DNA of 64,000 bases from an uncultured Acidobacteriaceae bacterium (GTDB lineage Bacteria > Acidobacteriota > Terriglobia > Terriglobales > Acidobacteriaceae). Positions within the stretch are counted from its first letter, which is position 1. Every line of letters begins with the position of its first letter. This document shows positions 35,748-45,343 of this stretch, in pieces. The notes beneath the pieces were generated by a model. It was not told the DNA's origin. It searched no databases and saw only the letters and a program-made list of their open reading frames with translations. Both the position numbers and the translations under genes were made by a program. The DNA lies in assembly GCA_963785265.1 (NCBI GenBank), contig CAWAUN010000010.1, positions 25,524 to 89,523 on the forward strand, given 5' to 3'.

Positions 35748-36743
35748 ATGCACCCGACATCGAAATTCGGCGAACTCTTCCAGTATTCCAATCTGATGGC
35801 CGCGGCGGGCGGATATACCGGAGCTCATGTCATCCATCCCGAGATGGAATTAGACGCCGCTTACGACAGAGCCATCCAGTCGTACGTTTTCGATCCGTTG
35901 CAGATGAAGGAGACGACCTTCGACTTCAAGCGCGCGTTCTCCCGCCATCACGCCGGCTCGCATTCGCCCGATGCCGACGGAAAAACTGCCAAGGCGGTCA
36001 CAGCTATTAATGATGCAATCATTCCCGCGCGTCCCGCCGGAGGCGCGTGGAGCAGCGTGAACGATATGCTGAAATATGTCTCCATGGAACTTGCCGAGGG
36101 AAAGCTTCCGGATGGAACAACCTACATTTCGAAAGAACCGTTGCTCGAACGGCGCACTCCACAGGTCAGCATCGGTAAGGACGTCACTTATGGCATGGGC
36201 TTGATGGTCGACACCACCTATGGAGTACCAGTGGTTCATCACGGTGGCGACCTGGTCGGATATCACAGCGACATGATGTGGCTGCCGCAGCAAAACGTGG
36301 GTCTGGTGATCCTGACAAACGCTGATCCCGGATGGCTGCTTCGCGACCGCATCCGTCGCAAGTTGCTTGAGGTTCTCTTCGATGGACATTCTGAGGCCGC
36401 GGCGCTACTCGATGCCGACGCGAAGAGCTTCTATGCCGACCTGGCTGCCGAGCGCAAATTGATGACGATCCCGGGCGATGCGAGTGAGAGTGCCAAGCTC
36501 GCCAAACACTACACAAATGCAGCGCTCGGCGAAATCACAGTCAGCACGTCCGGCGCTTCCACGATCTTTGATTTTGGCGAGTGGAAAAGCGAAGTCGCCA
36601 GTCGCAAAAATCCCGATGGCACAATTTCCTTCCTCACCACCGTACCGGGAGAGTTGGGCTTTGAGTTCGTGGTTGGCTCGGGGGCCAAGCGAACGTTGAC
36701 CATCAGAGACGCGCAGCACGAATACACGTTTGAAGAACATTGA
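35748..36743 (+). pseudogene. Serine hydrolase (beta-lactamase/PBP-like, class C type) lacking its N-terminal SxxK region
   Basis: The ORF begins about 12 aa before the YSN motif (FQYSNLMAA) and keeps HHGGD (the KTG-equivalent). The roughly 150-170 aa that normally carry SxxK are absent, and only 126 nt separate it from the upstream gene. Confidence 0.5.
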
Positions 36744-36957
36744 GTCACGACGATTCGATGAGTGAAATCGGGATTTATCGCCAACAACCCCGGAGAACTT
36801 CTCTCGCTTGGCGATGAAGGTGTTTGGACTGGCAGCCGTTTGGCGGTAAAAGTCACCACTACCGCGATGTGGATAAGTTGCAGGTTGCAGCTCGCTCTCT
36901 TGTTACAATGCGGGTACCTTGGGAGTATCCCAGGTGTCGCCACTTGAGGAGTATCCT

Positions 36958-38685
36958 ATGTGCTGCCGCTTGGTTCTCAGCCTTTTGCTATTCCTCACAC
37001 TGCTTGAAAGTTGTGCGCTCGCCCAGAGTGACGAGGGCGGAAATCTTCAACCCGTCAACGCCACCTCTATGATCTCGAGCGCACACGCCGATGATGAAAA
37101 GAAAGTCGAGTTCAAGTCGCAAACCGTGCTGGTGCAGGTGCCGACAGTGGTGGTCGACAAGGCCGGCAATCATATCCACGCCCTGAAGAAGGAAAACTTC
37201 AAGGTCGAGGAAAATGGCAAGCAGCAAAAGATTGCCGTCTGCGAAGAAGTTACAGCTACGAATGCGCGCCTGACACAAGCGACGAATCCGCCGGGGACGT
37301 TCAGCAACCTGGCGCAGAACGCAGATTCGCCGCGGAACGTAGTCGTGATCGCGCTCGACACGTTGAACACACCGTTTCTCGATCAAGCTACCGGACGAAA
37401 GCAACTGGTCCAATACCTCGCCGACAACCTGGGTTCCGTGCCGGTAATGGCAATGGTCGTGATCGGGAGCAAAGGAGTGACGACAATTAGTGGACTGACG
37501 AGTGATCCAGATTCGCTTCTGAATGCGCTCAAGAAGGTTCGCAGTGAGTTTCCTGCCTTGCAAGGAGTTAGTAACGACGCGCAGGAGTTAGCCGCCATTC
37601 GTGGCGCAATGACCGGCATCGGCCCGATACTTTCTCCAGGCAATCCTGCAACCCAGATAAGGCAATTCATTTCGGAGGGCGACGCGATCTACGGCGGCTA
37701 CGAGCAGGATCGCGCCATTGAAAACACGATGCAGGCGTTTCTGAGCATAGCGTGGTCGCTTTCCGGGATTCCGGGAAGAAAGTCTCTGATCTGGGCCACG
37801 GGCGGCTTTCCCTTCATCATGGATTCTCCTTCGGCCGTACCCGGTGGACACTTGTCGGTGTTGTACGAACGAGCCATGGGAGCTCTGAATGACGCGCAGG
37901 TTTCGATCTACCCCGTGGACGTTCGCGGCTTGGTGGACTTGTCGTCGACTGGCGATGCCTCCCGTCGCGGGACCGTGAACGAACAGGCCTTTGCAGTCAG
38001 GAATACGAACCGCAGTTGGCTGCAAGGTTCGAAGATCGACACGCTGAAGGATTTTGCTGCGATGACCGGCGGCAAGGCGTACTACGACAGCAACGATCTC
38101 GCGGCGGGTTTCAAGCTGGCGGTCGAAGATTCCAGTTCGTATTACCTGATCGGCTATTACCTGGACACGCACAACACGAAACCGGGTTGGCGAAAACTGA
38201 AGGTCAAGGTGGCGCACAAAGATGTGGAGGTGCGAGCGCGAACCGGCTTCCTGGTTACGAATGCCACGATGAATCCTGATCTGACCCACGAGGCCGATGT
38301 CGGTTTTGCCTTGACGTCTCCCTTTGACAGTACTGGGATACCGCTATCGGTGCAGTGGGGTGGAGCTGCTCCGGATGGGGACAAAAAGAAAGTCGCGTTT
38401 GCTCTGCACCTGCCAGCGACGGGCGTGACTATAGAAGGAGATCAGAACGCCTTCAACGTAGATTTTATGGCGCAAGCCGTGAAGAATGACGCCCCACCTA
38501 CCAACGTGGGAAGCACCGCTAAGGGCACATTCACCGCCGAAGCTCTGACCAAGGTCAAGTCCGAAGGAATTTTTTACAAGAACGCGTTCCATCTTCCTCC
38601 CGGGGATTATCAGGTGAAGTTTGTGGTGCGGGATAACGTGAGCGGCAGGATCGGTAGCGTGACGGCGTTGCTGACAGTGAACTAA
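36958..38685 (+). CDS. VWA-domain protein of the acidobacterial VWFA-related type, secreted
   Basis: GAGGA lies 7 nt before ATG 36958. Signal peptide MCCRLVLSLLLFLTLLESCALAQ. VVVIALDTLNTPF (MIDAS-like position), ..SIYPVDVRGL.., YYLIGYY. Confidence 0.8.
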   Translation: MCCRLVLSLLLFLTLLESCALAQSDEGGNLQPVNATSMISSAHADDEKKVEFKSQTVLVQVPTVVVDKAGNHIHALKKENFKVEENGKQQKIAVCEEVTATNARLTQATNPPGTFSNLAQNADSPRNVVVIALDTLNTPFLDQATGRKQLVQYLADNLGSVPVMAMVVIGSKGVTTISGLTSDPDSLLNALKKVRSEFPALQGVSNDAQELAAIRGAMTGIGPILSPGNPATQIRQFISEGDAIYGGYEQDRAIENTMQAFLSIAWSLSGIPGRKSLIWATGGFPFIMDSPSAVPGGHLSVLYERAMGALNDAQVSIYPVDVRGLVDLSSTGDASRRGTVNEQAFAVRNTNRSWLQGSKIDTLKDFAAMTGGKAYYDSNDLAAGFKLAVEDSSSYYLIGYYLDTHNTKPGWRKLKVKVAHKDVEVRARTGFLVTNATMNPDLTHEADVGFALTSPFDSTGIPLSVQWGGAAPDGDKKKVAFALHLPATGVTIEGDQNAFNVDFMAQAVKNDAPPTNVGSTAKGTFTAEALTKVKSEGIFYKNAFHLPPGDYQVKFVVRDNVSGRIGSVTALLTVN

Positions 38686-38692
38686 CGAGTCT

Positions 38693-38929
38693 TTACTTCG
38701 CGACTCTGCGCAGTTCGGTTGTTCGCGGAGCCCGGTAGCAGGTCGTGAGAAGCCAAACTCCGAGTGCAATCAAGGCGAGGTCCACAATCAACATTCCAGT
38801 CGCTTCGCCTGCGTTTGCAGGCTGAAATGTGCGAGTTTGCGGAAATAGCAAGAACTTCACGTTTATATAGACAAGCAGTAGGCCCAACAGCAATCGCCAC
38901 CAAGAAAGCTCTCGTCTCATGCGGTCCAT
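38693..38929 (-). CDS. Small two-TM membrane protein (hypothetical)
   Basis: 78-aa ORF with two hydrophobic stretches (WWRLLLGLLLVYINVKFLLF and MLIVDLALIALGVWLLTT). Confidence 0.35.
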   Translation of the reverse strand: MDRMRRELSWWRLLLGLLLVYINVKFLLFPQTRTFQPANAGEATGMLIVDLALIALGVWLLTTCYRAPRTTELRRVAK

Positions 38930-39084
38930 TTCACCGCACTACGATGGTTTTGTCTACATCCGTCAGCTTGATTGACGAAATGAGGCGATTTCGCTCATTG
39001 ACCTTTTGATGAGTGTAAATGCGATTTATCATCAATTGTATTCTTTCAACACGACATATAATCTCGGGGCGACCGCGACAACAC

Positions 39085-39636
39085 ATGAGACAGGTAATTG
39101 CGGATTTGTTCATATCACTCGATGGTTTTGCCTCAGGAAAGGGCGAAGCGCCCTACTTCGGCTATTTTGGCCCAGAGCTTTGGACTTGGGTGCGCGAAAA
39201 CCTTGACCAGCCCCAGTCCTTGATCATGGGACGCGCAACATACGCGGCATTGGCCGAATTCTCTGCCAGTGCCACTGATGAAGTCAGCTTGAAAATGAAG
39301 TCGCTTCCGAAACTGGTATTTTCCAGCAAACTACAAGAACCGCTTGAGTGGGCCAACACGCATGTGCTACGGGGCAATTTGGCAGACGAAATTAATCGAT
39401 TGAAGCAGCAGGGGGAAGAGCCACTTCGCTGCATCGGTAGCATCAGTTTAGTGAAGAGCATGATGGAACTAAGGCTGGTCGACCGACTGCGGCTCATGGT
39501 CTTTCCCGTCATTTTAGGGAACGCTGGGAGAGAACCAGTTTTCGCTGAGTACGCGAGAACGAAACTCGAACTTGCGAGTTCGAGAACCCTCGATTCTAGG
39601 ATCATGCTCCTCGAATATGGTCCAAGAGTAAGCTAA
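39085..39636 (+). CDS. Dihydrofolate-reductase-like / RibD C-terminal domain family protein
   Basis: MRQVIADLFISLDGFASG.., LIMGRATY.., LRLMVFPVILGNAGREPVF. Confidence 0.8.
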   Translation: MRQVIADLFISLDGFASGKGEAPYFGYFGPELWTWVRENLDQPQSLIMGRATYAALAEFSASATDEVSLKMKSLPKLVFSSKLQEPLEWANTHVLRGNLADEINRLKQQGEEPLRCIGSISLVKSMMELRLVDRLRLMVFPVILGNAGREPVFAEYARTKLELASSRTLDSRIMLLEYGPRVS

Positions 39637-39863
39637 CGCAACCACACCATGGGCCGAAACCCGTTGCCATTGATAGGCTCTCTGACGTTCCCGATGTCAA
39701 ATGTTGTGATCAGGCGTGGGTGTTGAAAAAGTCGGTGATCGGAATGTCACGAACTGCGTCGGAGCGATATTGTAGCGAGGACTCCAGTCCGCATCATCTG
39801 AAACGGCTGCGAAGGCTCCTCAAGAATCTCCTTGCGCCGTGACAATCGGTAGCGTCCACACAT
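39636..39863 (-). pseudogene. Relic of an SOS-response-associated peptidase (SRAP / YedK, DUF159) gene
   Basis: Minus strand from ATG 39863 reads MCGRYRLSRRKEILEE..; after a frameshift, ..DWSPRYNIAPTQFVTF... Both are hallmark N-terminal SRAP motifs. The frame is broken at least twice and the gene is cut off after ~75 codons. Confidence 0.6.
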
Positions 39864-40070
39864 GTAAACAGTATGACCGAAAAGAATGAACGTGGCACAA
39901 GGGGCTGGAGTGCGCTCAGTTTGTGATCCCCCCGAATCTGACTCGGGAGCAAAAGATCACTGCCCAGAAGCGGACTTCTGGCCAGGAATAAGTTCCGGTT
40001 TGCGCGTCACTCGGGAGGAACTGCTGATAGCGAAGTTCGCAGACAGGGTTTGGCAAGTTTAAACGGTCCG

Positions 40071-42602
40071 TTACTGCCCAGGCTTCGCAATGTTCTCGTA
40101 TTTCTGTCTAGCCTCTTCGAAGATCGCCAACACCGCCTGCCTCTCCGTTTCGGTATTCCACGCCGTGGAGCTCTGCACCGCCGAGATCAGCCGCTCCATC
40201 CACGCCACGAAATACGCTGCATCCTCCGTGTTGCGCTGCGGAGCACCAGCCATATACACGTAAACCGGACTGGTAGTTGCATACGGGTACAGATCTAAAA
40301 TCGGATGCTCCGCTTTATCACTGAACGCCCGCAGAATGCACCAGCCACTGCTTTCGAGCGGTACTTTGCCTTCGGCATAAGCGGTAGTGCGATCAGCACT
40401 GAGCTCGAGTTCGCGAGCAATCTTCCCGTTGCAGACGATCTGCAGATGATCCACCGGCACAATGGACCCCAACGCGGCCCGAAAGAAGACATCCTGCTTC
40501 TTGTCGAGATGGACCTCTCCTCCCGGTGTTTTCAGTCCAAGCTCAAAGCGCAGCAACGGCCCATTGGTCGCGAAAGTGCGTCCTGCTTTGATGGATTCGA
40601 GCCACGGCTCAAGCTTCAACGATCCGGCGGGAACTTCCGCATACACGCGGTTCAACCCCATTGGCCCGCGGAGTGAGGCGTAGTTACCCATGAAATCTGT
40701 TCCGGCAGCGGTCGGCAGCCGGAAACCGCAGTTCAGCAACTTGTACCAAACCGCTGCCGTGGATTTATGGTCCGAAAAGCCAACAACCTCGATGTAATCC
40801 ACTTTGCCAAGTGCCACATCAGCCGGCAGCTCGAACGTCACCGAATCCTTGGCCGGATCCGGTACGCTGTCCAGTGGATGCACATACCCGACCAGCGCTT
40901 CCTGTTCGTGCGCCAAGTCAGCCACCGTGGCATTCGCCGGAAACAAACTCGCCGCCTCCGTGTTCGGATACCCGGCATATCCCGGCAGGATCAGATTCCG
41001 CGTCAGGTTCAGAAGCCCGAGGTGCCCCCAGTAGCTCGTGTGAAACTCCTGCCCATACTGCAGCAAGTGATCTTCGTTGGAAGCCGGATCAAGCTTCGGC
41101 GAAAAGTACGCTATATCCGGGAACCGCTGCTCTTTATTGACGACCAGATTTTCAATGATCGACAGGTTTTCGGCCGCGGCCTGCTCTATCAGATGCGAAG
41201 GCGTGTTCCGATACGTGCCCGCATAGTTCATGTGGACGTGAGCATCCCCACTCACCCACCGCGTCTCGGGACTCTTCCACTCGATCCGCCGCAGCGCGAC
41301 TGTGGCTTCCAGGGTTTTGCCCGCCACAACCTCCACGCCCAGCTCCTCGAACCGGTATTCGAAGCCGCGCATGACGCCCACCTGTACTTTCCCAGCTGGA
41401 ACCGTAACCTCAGAGATTCCCTTGGTGTCAAAGTAGTGCGCTTCAAACGGATGCTCCTTGCGGTCAAAGCTGTCGTCCGCTTCCATCCATGCGCCCTCCG
41501 GTGCGTACGCCCGACCGTCTTCCGCCGTAACAAAGACTCGCGCCGCCACCGGCTTCCCTCTGGGGTCCGCGACCCGCAGAAGCAATTTTCCCATCGGCTT
41601 CAAGTACTTTCGTTCGCGGGCTAGAACCTCGCTCTGCGAACCCCCGGGAATCGTCTGGATCCATAACGAAGTATTACCGCCGCGGTTCGAAATGAACGCG
41701 ATCTTTGATCCGTCCGGCGACCATCGCGGATTGATATTGTCGTAATCTCCATAGGAAATTGGAAACGCGTCGCCCCCCGCCGCTGGCATCACCCAAAGCT
41801 GGTGCCACGGCTGTCCCAAATACGACGCATACACCATGCGCTTGCCGTCTGGCGAAAAATCAGGGCGAGCCTTCCACGTGGTCTCTTCGTAGTGGATCTC
41901 GTGCGCCTCGGCGCCCGGTTGAGCCTTCATCCGCCAAAAGCCGCCGGTACCGTGGATGTGCCCCCGATTCGAAATGAACAGGATCTCCGACCCATCTCGC
42001 GACCACACCGGGCTGATCTCGTGGTCCACCTGGCTGTAGTAATAGCGAGGAAGCGGGCTGACGTTTTCGGCAGTGAGTTGCTGGACGTCGCTCAGTTCCC
42101 CATCCTCAAATCTTCCTGCAAAGATATGGAAGTGACCCTTGGACGAGGTCGAAACAAACGCCAGCCGCTTTCCGTCGGGAGAAAATCGTGGTTCGAGATT
42201 CACCGCTCCCCCTGACGTGAGTTGTCGCGTGCGCCCATCGCGCAGGTCAAGTAACCACAACTCCACGGCATCGTGGTCGTAGCGCACAAAAGCAACCCAA
42301 CGCCCATCCGCCGACAAATCTGGCTGGTAGTCATAGCCCGGCCCTGCAGTCAGTTGCTCGGCTATCGTGTTCTGCACATCCTGCCGCCACAGCGAGCCTG
42401 CCATCGAGTAAATCAGCGTCCGGGAGTCCGGGGACCAGCCCACTGCGCTTGGCCCGGTGGTGAGCTGAGGCAGGTACATCTCGCGATAGTAATAAGCATG
42501 TGGGAGATCAATCTGCTTGAGCACCGGCTCACGCTGCGCCACGCAATTCGCGCACAACAAGAAGACAAAGATGAAAAGACGAATCATTCGGGATCGAAAC
42601 AA
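40071..42602 (-). CDS. Secreted TolB-like beta-propeller protein fused to a PHP/CehA-McbA-type metallohydrolase domain
   Basis: Signal peptide MIRLFIFVFLLCANCVAQ. Repeated PD40 motifs (SPDG(K/R).(L/V)AF(V/I)S). C-terminal GDAHVHMNYAG metal-binding start. Confidence 0.82.
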   Translation of the reverse strand: MFRSRMIRLFIFVFLLCANCVAQREPVLKQIDLPHAYYYREMYLPQLTTGPSAVGWSPDSRTLIYSMAGSLWRQDVQNTIAEQLTAGPGYDYQPDLSADGRWVAFVRYDHDAVELWLLDLRDGRTRQLTSGGAVNLEPRFSPDGKRLAFVSTSSKGHFHIFAGRFEDGELSDVQQLTAENVSPLPRYYYSQVDHEISPVWSRDGSEILFISNRGHIHGTGGFWRMKAQPGAEAHEIHYEETTWKARPDFSPDGKRMVYASYLGQPWHQLWVMPAAGGDAFPISYGDYDNINPRWSPDGSKIAFISNRGGNTSLWIQTIPGGSQSEVLARERKYLKPMGKLLLRVADPRGKPVAARVFVTAEDGRAYAPEGAWMEADDSFDRKEHPFEAHYFDTKGISEVTVPAGKVQVGVMRGFEYRFEELGVEVVAGKTLEATVALRRIEWKSPETRWVSGDAHVHMNYAGTYRNTPSHLIEQAAAENLSIIENLVVNKEQRFPDIAYFSPKLDPASNEDHLLQYGQEFHTSYWGHLGLLNLTRNLILPGYAGYPNTEAASLFPANATVADLAHEQEALVGYVHPLDSVPDPAKDSVTFELPADVALGKVDYIEVVGFSDHKSTAAVWYKLLNCGFRLPTAAGTDFMGNYASLRGPMGLNRVYAEVPAGSLKLEPWLESIKAGRTFATNGPLLRFELGLKTPGGEVHLDKKQDVFFRAALGSIVPVDHLQIVCNGKIARELELSADRTTAYAEGKVPLESSGWCILRAFSDKAEHPILDLYPYATTSPVYVYMAGAPQRNTEDAAYFVAWMERLISAVQSSTAWNTETERQAVLAIFEEARQKYENIAKPGQ

Positions 42603-42715
42603 AGTTCACGCGCAGAACCACACCATCGCCAACTGGACCCATCCAGAAACGGGCTTATAGCGAGTTACCGAGCCAGTACGACACTGTGCGCCAGCTTCTC
42701 ATCGGGCGCTTCCTC

Positions 42716-43474
42716 TCAGATGCCCGCATACCACGCGTAGCCACCATCAGGGTTAGCACCGCCCAGACCCTTGCCGAACGGTTTGAGGTTGTCCGTCAGA
42801 GTCATACGATTGATATATTTCACGTTCTTATAACCGAGCTGCCGCGGGACTCGCACACGGACGGGGCCCCCGAACGGCACGGGGAGTTCGTTTCCGTTCA
42901 TGCGGTGGGCGAGCAGCGTTTGCGGGTGCAACGCGTCCGCCATGTCGATGCTCTCCCACCAGTCAGGTTGGATCGAGCGGTATACAACGTAACGCACCTG
43001 GGGCAGCGCGCCCACACGGTCCAGGATGTAAGAGAGCGGCACCCCGGTCCATTCGGCGATGTAAGTCCATCCTTCTTCACAGCCGATCATGGTGATCTGC
43101 GTAGTGGTAGGGAAACTCCTGATCTCTGCCAGCGAAAACGAGGCCGGCCGCGCCGCCAACCCGTCCACAGTCACTCGCCAGTCCACGAAACTGGCGGCCT
43201 GGAGTCGTTTGAATTCATCGCCCAACGGATCGACTTCATTGGCGAACGGGTTCTGCGAAACCTCCGTGCGGGAAAATTCACGTGCCATGGAATCGCGGGT
43301 CAAAAGTCGCTGTGCCGCGTAGGTCAGCGTTTCTCCCGGGCCGTAGAGTCCTCCCGCGTCCGGCGGGATGAGCCCATGATGCTGCGCGACTTTGGCAGCG
43401 ACGGCAATCGCCGATGCACCGGCCGCCACACTCAGCCCCGTGGTGATGAGTTTGCGTCGAGAGATATTGCTCAT
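42716..43474 (-). CDS. Molybdopterin-dependent oxidoreductase, sulfite-oxidase fold (YedY/MsrP-like), Tat-exported
   Basis: Tat signal SRRKLITTGLSVAAGASAIAVAA. ..CEEGWTYIAEWTGVPL.. and ..PVRVRVPRQLGYKNVKYI.. match the family. Confidence 0.78.
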   Translation of the reverse strand: MSNISRRKLITTGLSVAAGASAIAVAAKVAQHHGLIPPDAGGLYGPGETLTYAAQRLLTRDSMAREFSRTEVSQNPFANEVDPLGDEFKRLQAASFVDWRVTVDGLAARPASFSLAEIRSFPTTTQITMIGCEEGWTYIAEWTGVPLSYILDRVGALPQVRYVVYRSIQPDWWESIDMADALHPQTLLAHRMNGNELPVPFGGPVRVRVPRQLGYKNVKYINRMTLTDNLKPFGKGLGGANPDGGYAWYAGI

Positions 43475-43478
43475 AACT

Positions 43479-44264
43479 TCACTCCGTCGGTGGGGTAGAG
43501 CGGCCGGTGATCATGGCGCGCATACGATTTCGAAATCCCGCAACAAAGACCATCAGCACGTGAATCAACAGGAATAGCACCAGGAATATCGTCACCAGGA
43601 AGTGCAGGCTGCGCGCCGTCTGCTGCCCTCCCAAGAGCCGAACGGCTAGAGGGAATTCCGACGTGAATCCGAACGACATGGCCAGCCCCGTCCAGATCAT
43701 CAAGGGGAACAACACGAAGATCACGAGCAGGTACGCCAGGCGCTGCAGCACATTATACGACCACTCTTCTTCTTTTTCCGGCCGCTCAAAGCGCAAATGT
43801 CGAACCAGCGAACCGCCCAGCTCCTTGATGGAAAGCTCTGAAGCCGCGGGAAACAGATTGCGCCGGAAATGCCCCGCGAAGAAGCCGAACAGCACGTAGA
43901 ACAAACCCGCCCCGACCGCAAGCCATGCCGCCTGAAAATGAAGATAGCGGCTCCAGCCGTTCTGATCAGGGAGCACGTACCCATAGCCGGTGGGGACGGT
44001 ATCCCTGGAGGATGGCAGGTGCAGATTGAGCCACGGGCGCATGTTTACGTTGCCGGTCTCACCCCAGTAAAACCGCGGATGCGAAAGCACGATCTCGCCT
44101 CCGCTGACCAGCAGCGCGAGAAACGCGACTGTGGTAATCCAATGGGTCACGCGCACGAGCGCTGAGTGGCGCTTCCCGTAAGCGGCGGGCACTGCAGAAC
44201 CAAGCTTGGCCGAAGAAGACAATTGGCGGGCACCGCGATCAGCGATCGGCAGACTCGCATTCAT
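43479..44264 (-). CDS. Membrane b-type cytochrome (cytochrome b561 / Ni-Fe-hydrogenase cytochrome-b family) partner of the Mo enzyme
   Basis: ATG 44264 (MNASLPI). RVTHWITTVAFLALLVSG and further TM helices with conserved His residues. 4-nt gap to the Mo-enzyme gene. Confidence 0.75.
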   Translation of the reverse strand: MNASLPIADRGARQLSSSAKLGSAVPAAYGKRHSALVRVTHWITTVAFLALLVSGGEIVLSHPRFYWGETGNVNMRPWLNLHLPSSRDTVPTGYGYVLPDQNGWSRYLHFQAAWLAVGAGLFYVLFGFFAGHFRRNLFPAASELSIKELGGSLVRHLRFERPEKEEEWSYNVLQRLAYLLVIFVLFPLMIWTGLAMSFGFTSEFPLAVRLLGGQQTARSLHFLVTIFLVLFLLIHVLMVFVAGFRNRMRAMITGRSTPPTE

Positions 44265-44410
44265 AAGGTAGGCCCCATCCCCGATGCTCCGGATTCTACA
44301 GCAAGCGCACAATTAGCGCCGCCGTGGAAGGCGCCAGTACCGTGCTCCACAGCCAGCAGGACGGAGAATCGATATTCGCTCGTCTACCTATAACGGTCTA
44401 ACCGGCGCCG

Positions 44411-44527
44411 CTAGATCCTTTGAATCGTCTTGTCGGATACGCCTGGCCGGTGCAGATTCGTTGCAAGCCCGCGACGAAAGACATGCCAACCGTGCCTCGG
44501 GATTCCTGCTTTCGTCAGGCACCTGAT
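44411..44527 (-). pseudogene. 38-codon fragment of a tyrosine recombinase / phage-type integrase catalytic domain
   Basis: IRCLTKAGIPRHGWHVFRRGLATNLHRPGVSDKTIQRI* matches the box II region (..H.(F/L)RR..AT.L...G.....IQ..L.H..). The catalytic Tyr region and the whole N-terminus are absent. Confidence 0.55.
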
Positions 44528-44629
44528 GTCGTCTTGCTTGACGTTAGTTTCTATTTTGTTATAGTTACCCTCACATTTTCGTGAATGTCGTAAGAGGGCT
44601 TTCCCTAGATCGATTGCAGGAGGAAAAGG

Positions 44630-45286
44630 ATGACGCCTGGCGCGCTTGCGGCACGGAGTATGACCGCAGAGGCTGTGGCCGCGCAGCCTGAAGTCGGACT
44701 TCGGGAGCGGAAGAAAGCCCGCTTGCGGCAGCAAATCATCGACACCTCGATAAGGCTGTTCCGCAAGCACGGATACGAGGCCACACGGATCGATGATATC
44801 GTCCATGTGCTCGAGATCAGCCAACCCACTTTTTTTCGCTACTTTCCAAGCAAGGACGCGGTTCTGCGCGAGGTGGGAGAGCGGGGGTATGCCTGTATCT
44901 GCGAGAAAATGCATTCCGAGCTTTCAGGCAATGCGCGGACAGACCAGCGTTTACGGCGGCTGTACATAACCATGGCACGAGAAGTGGAAGGCGATCGGAA
45001 ACTTTGGCAAGCAGTTGTGCTGTCGGGCGCCATGGATCCGGTGCGATCCTCGGAACTGCGGGGGCACGAGGAGGCCGCCGTCAGCCTGCTGCGGGAAATT
45101 TTAACGCAGGGGCAGAAGCGGGGAGAAGTGACGCGCGCGTTTCCGGTGGTGCACCTGGCCGAGTTCATGGAAGGGCTCTACAACACGGTGGTGCGGCAGT
45201 GGGCGGTGGATCTCACGGGGCCGCACAAACTCACGGACCGGGTGCGGAGCGCGATCGAGTTTTTCTTGTGTGGCATTCGTCCGTAA
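44630..45286 (+). CDS. TetR/AcrR family transcriptional regulator
   Basis: N-terminal HTH: RQQIIDTSIRLFRKHGYEATRIDDIVHVLEISQPTFFRYFPSKDAVL. Confidence 0.9.
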   Translation: MTPGALAARSMTAEAVAAQPEVGLRERKKARLRQQIIDTSIRLFRKHGYEATRIDDIVHVLEISQPTFFRYFPSKDAVLREVGERGYACICEKMHSELSGNARTDQRLRRLYITMAREVEGDRKLWQAVVLSGAMDPVRSSELRGHEEAAVSLLREILTQGQKRGEVTRAFPVVHLAEFMEGLYNTVVRQWAVDLTGPHKLTDRVRSAIEFFLCGIRP

Positions 45287-45343
45287 AGTCTTTCGACAAA
45301 GTGCCAGCGCTCTTTTAGTGATGGAGTTTAGAGGAGTAACGGG

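Noticed and set aside
39885-39905. TGGCAC at 39893 (cgtggcacaaggggctgg) and several other TGGCAC hexamers (e.g. 16397, 21694, 25125, 35736, 49434, 51393, 59954).
   Set aside because: None has a GC dinucleotide at the required GG-N10-GC spacing or a TTGC -12 element.
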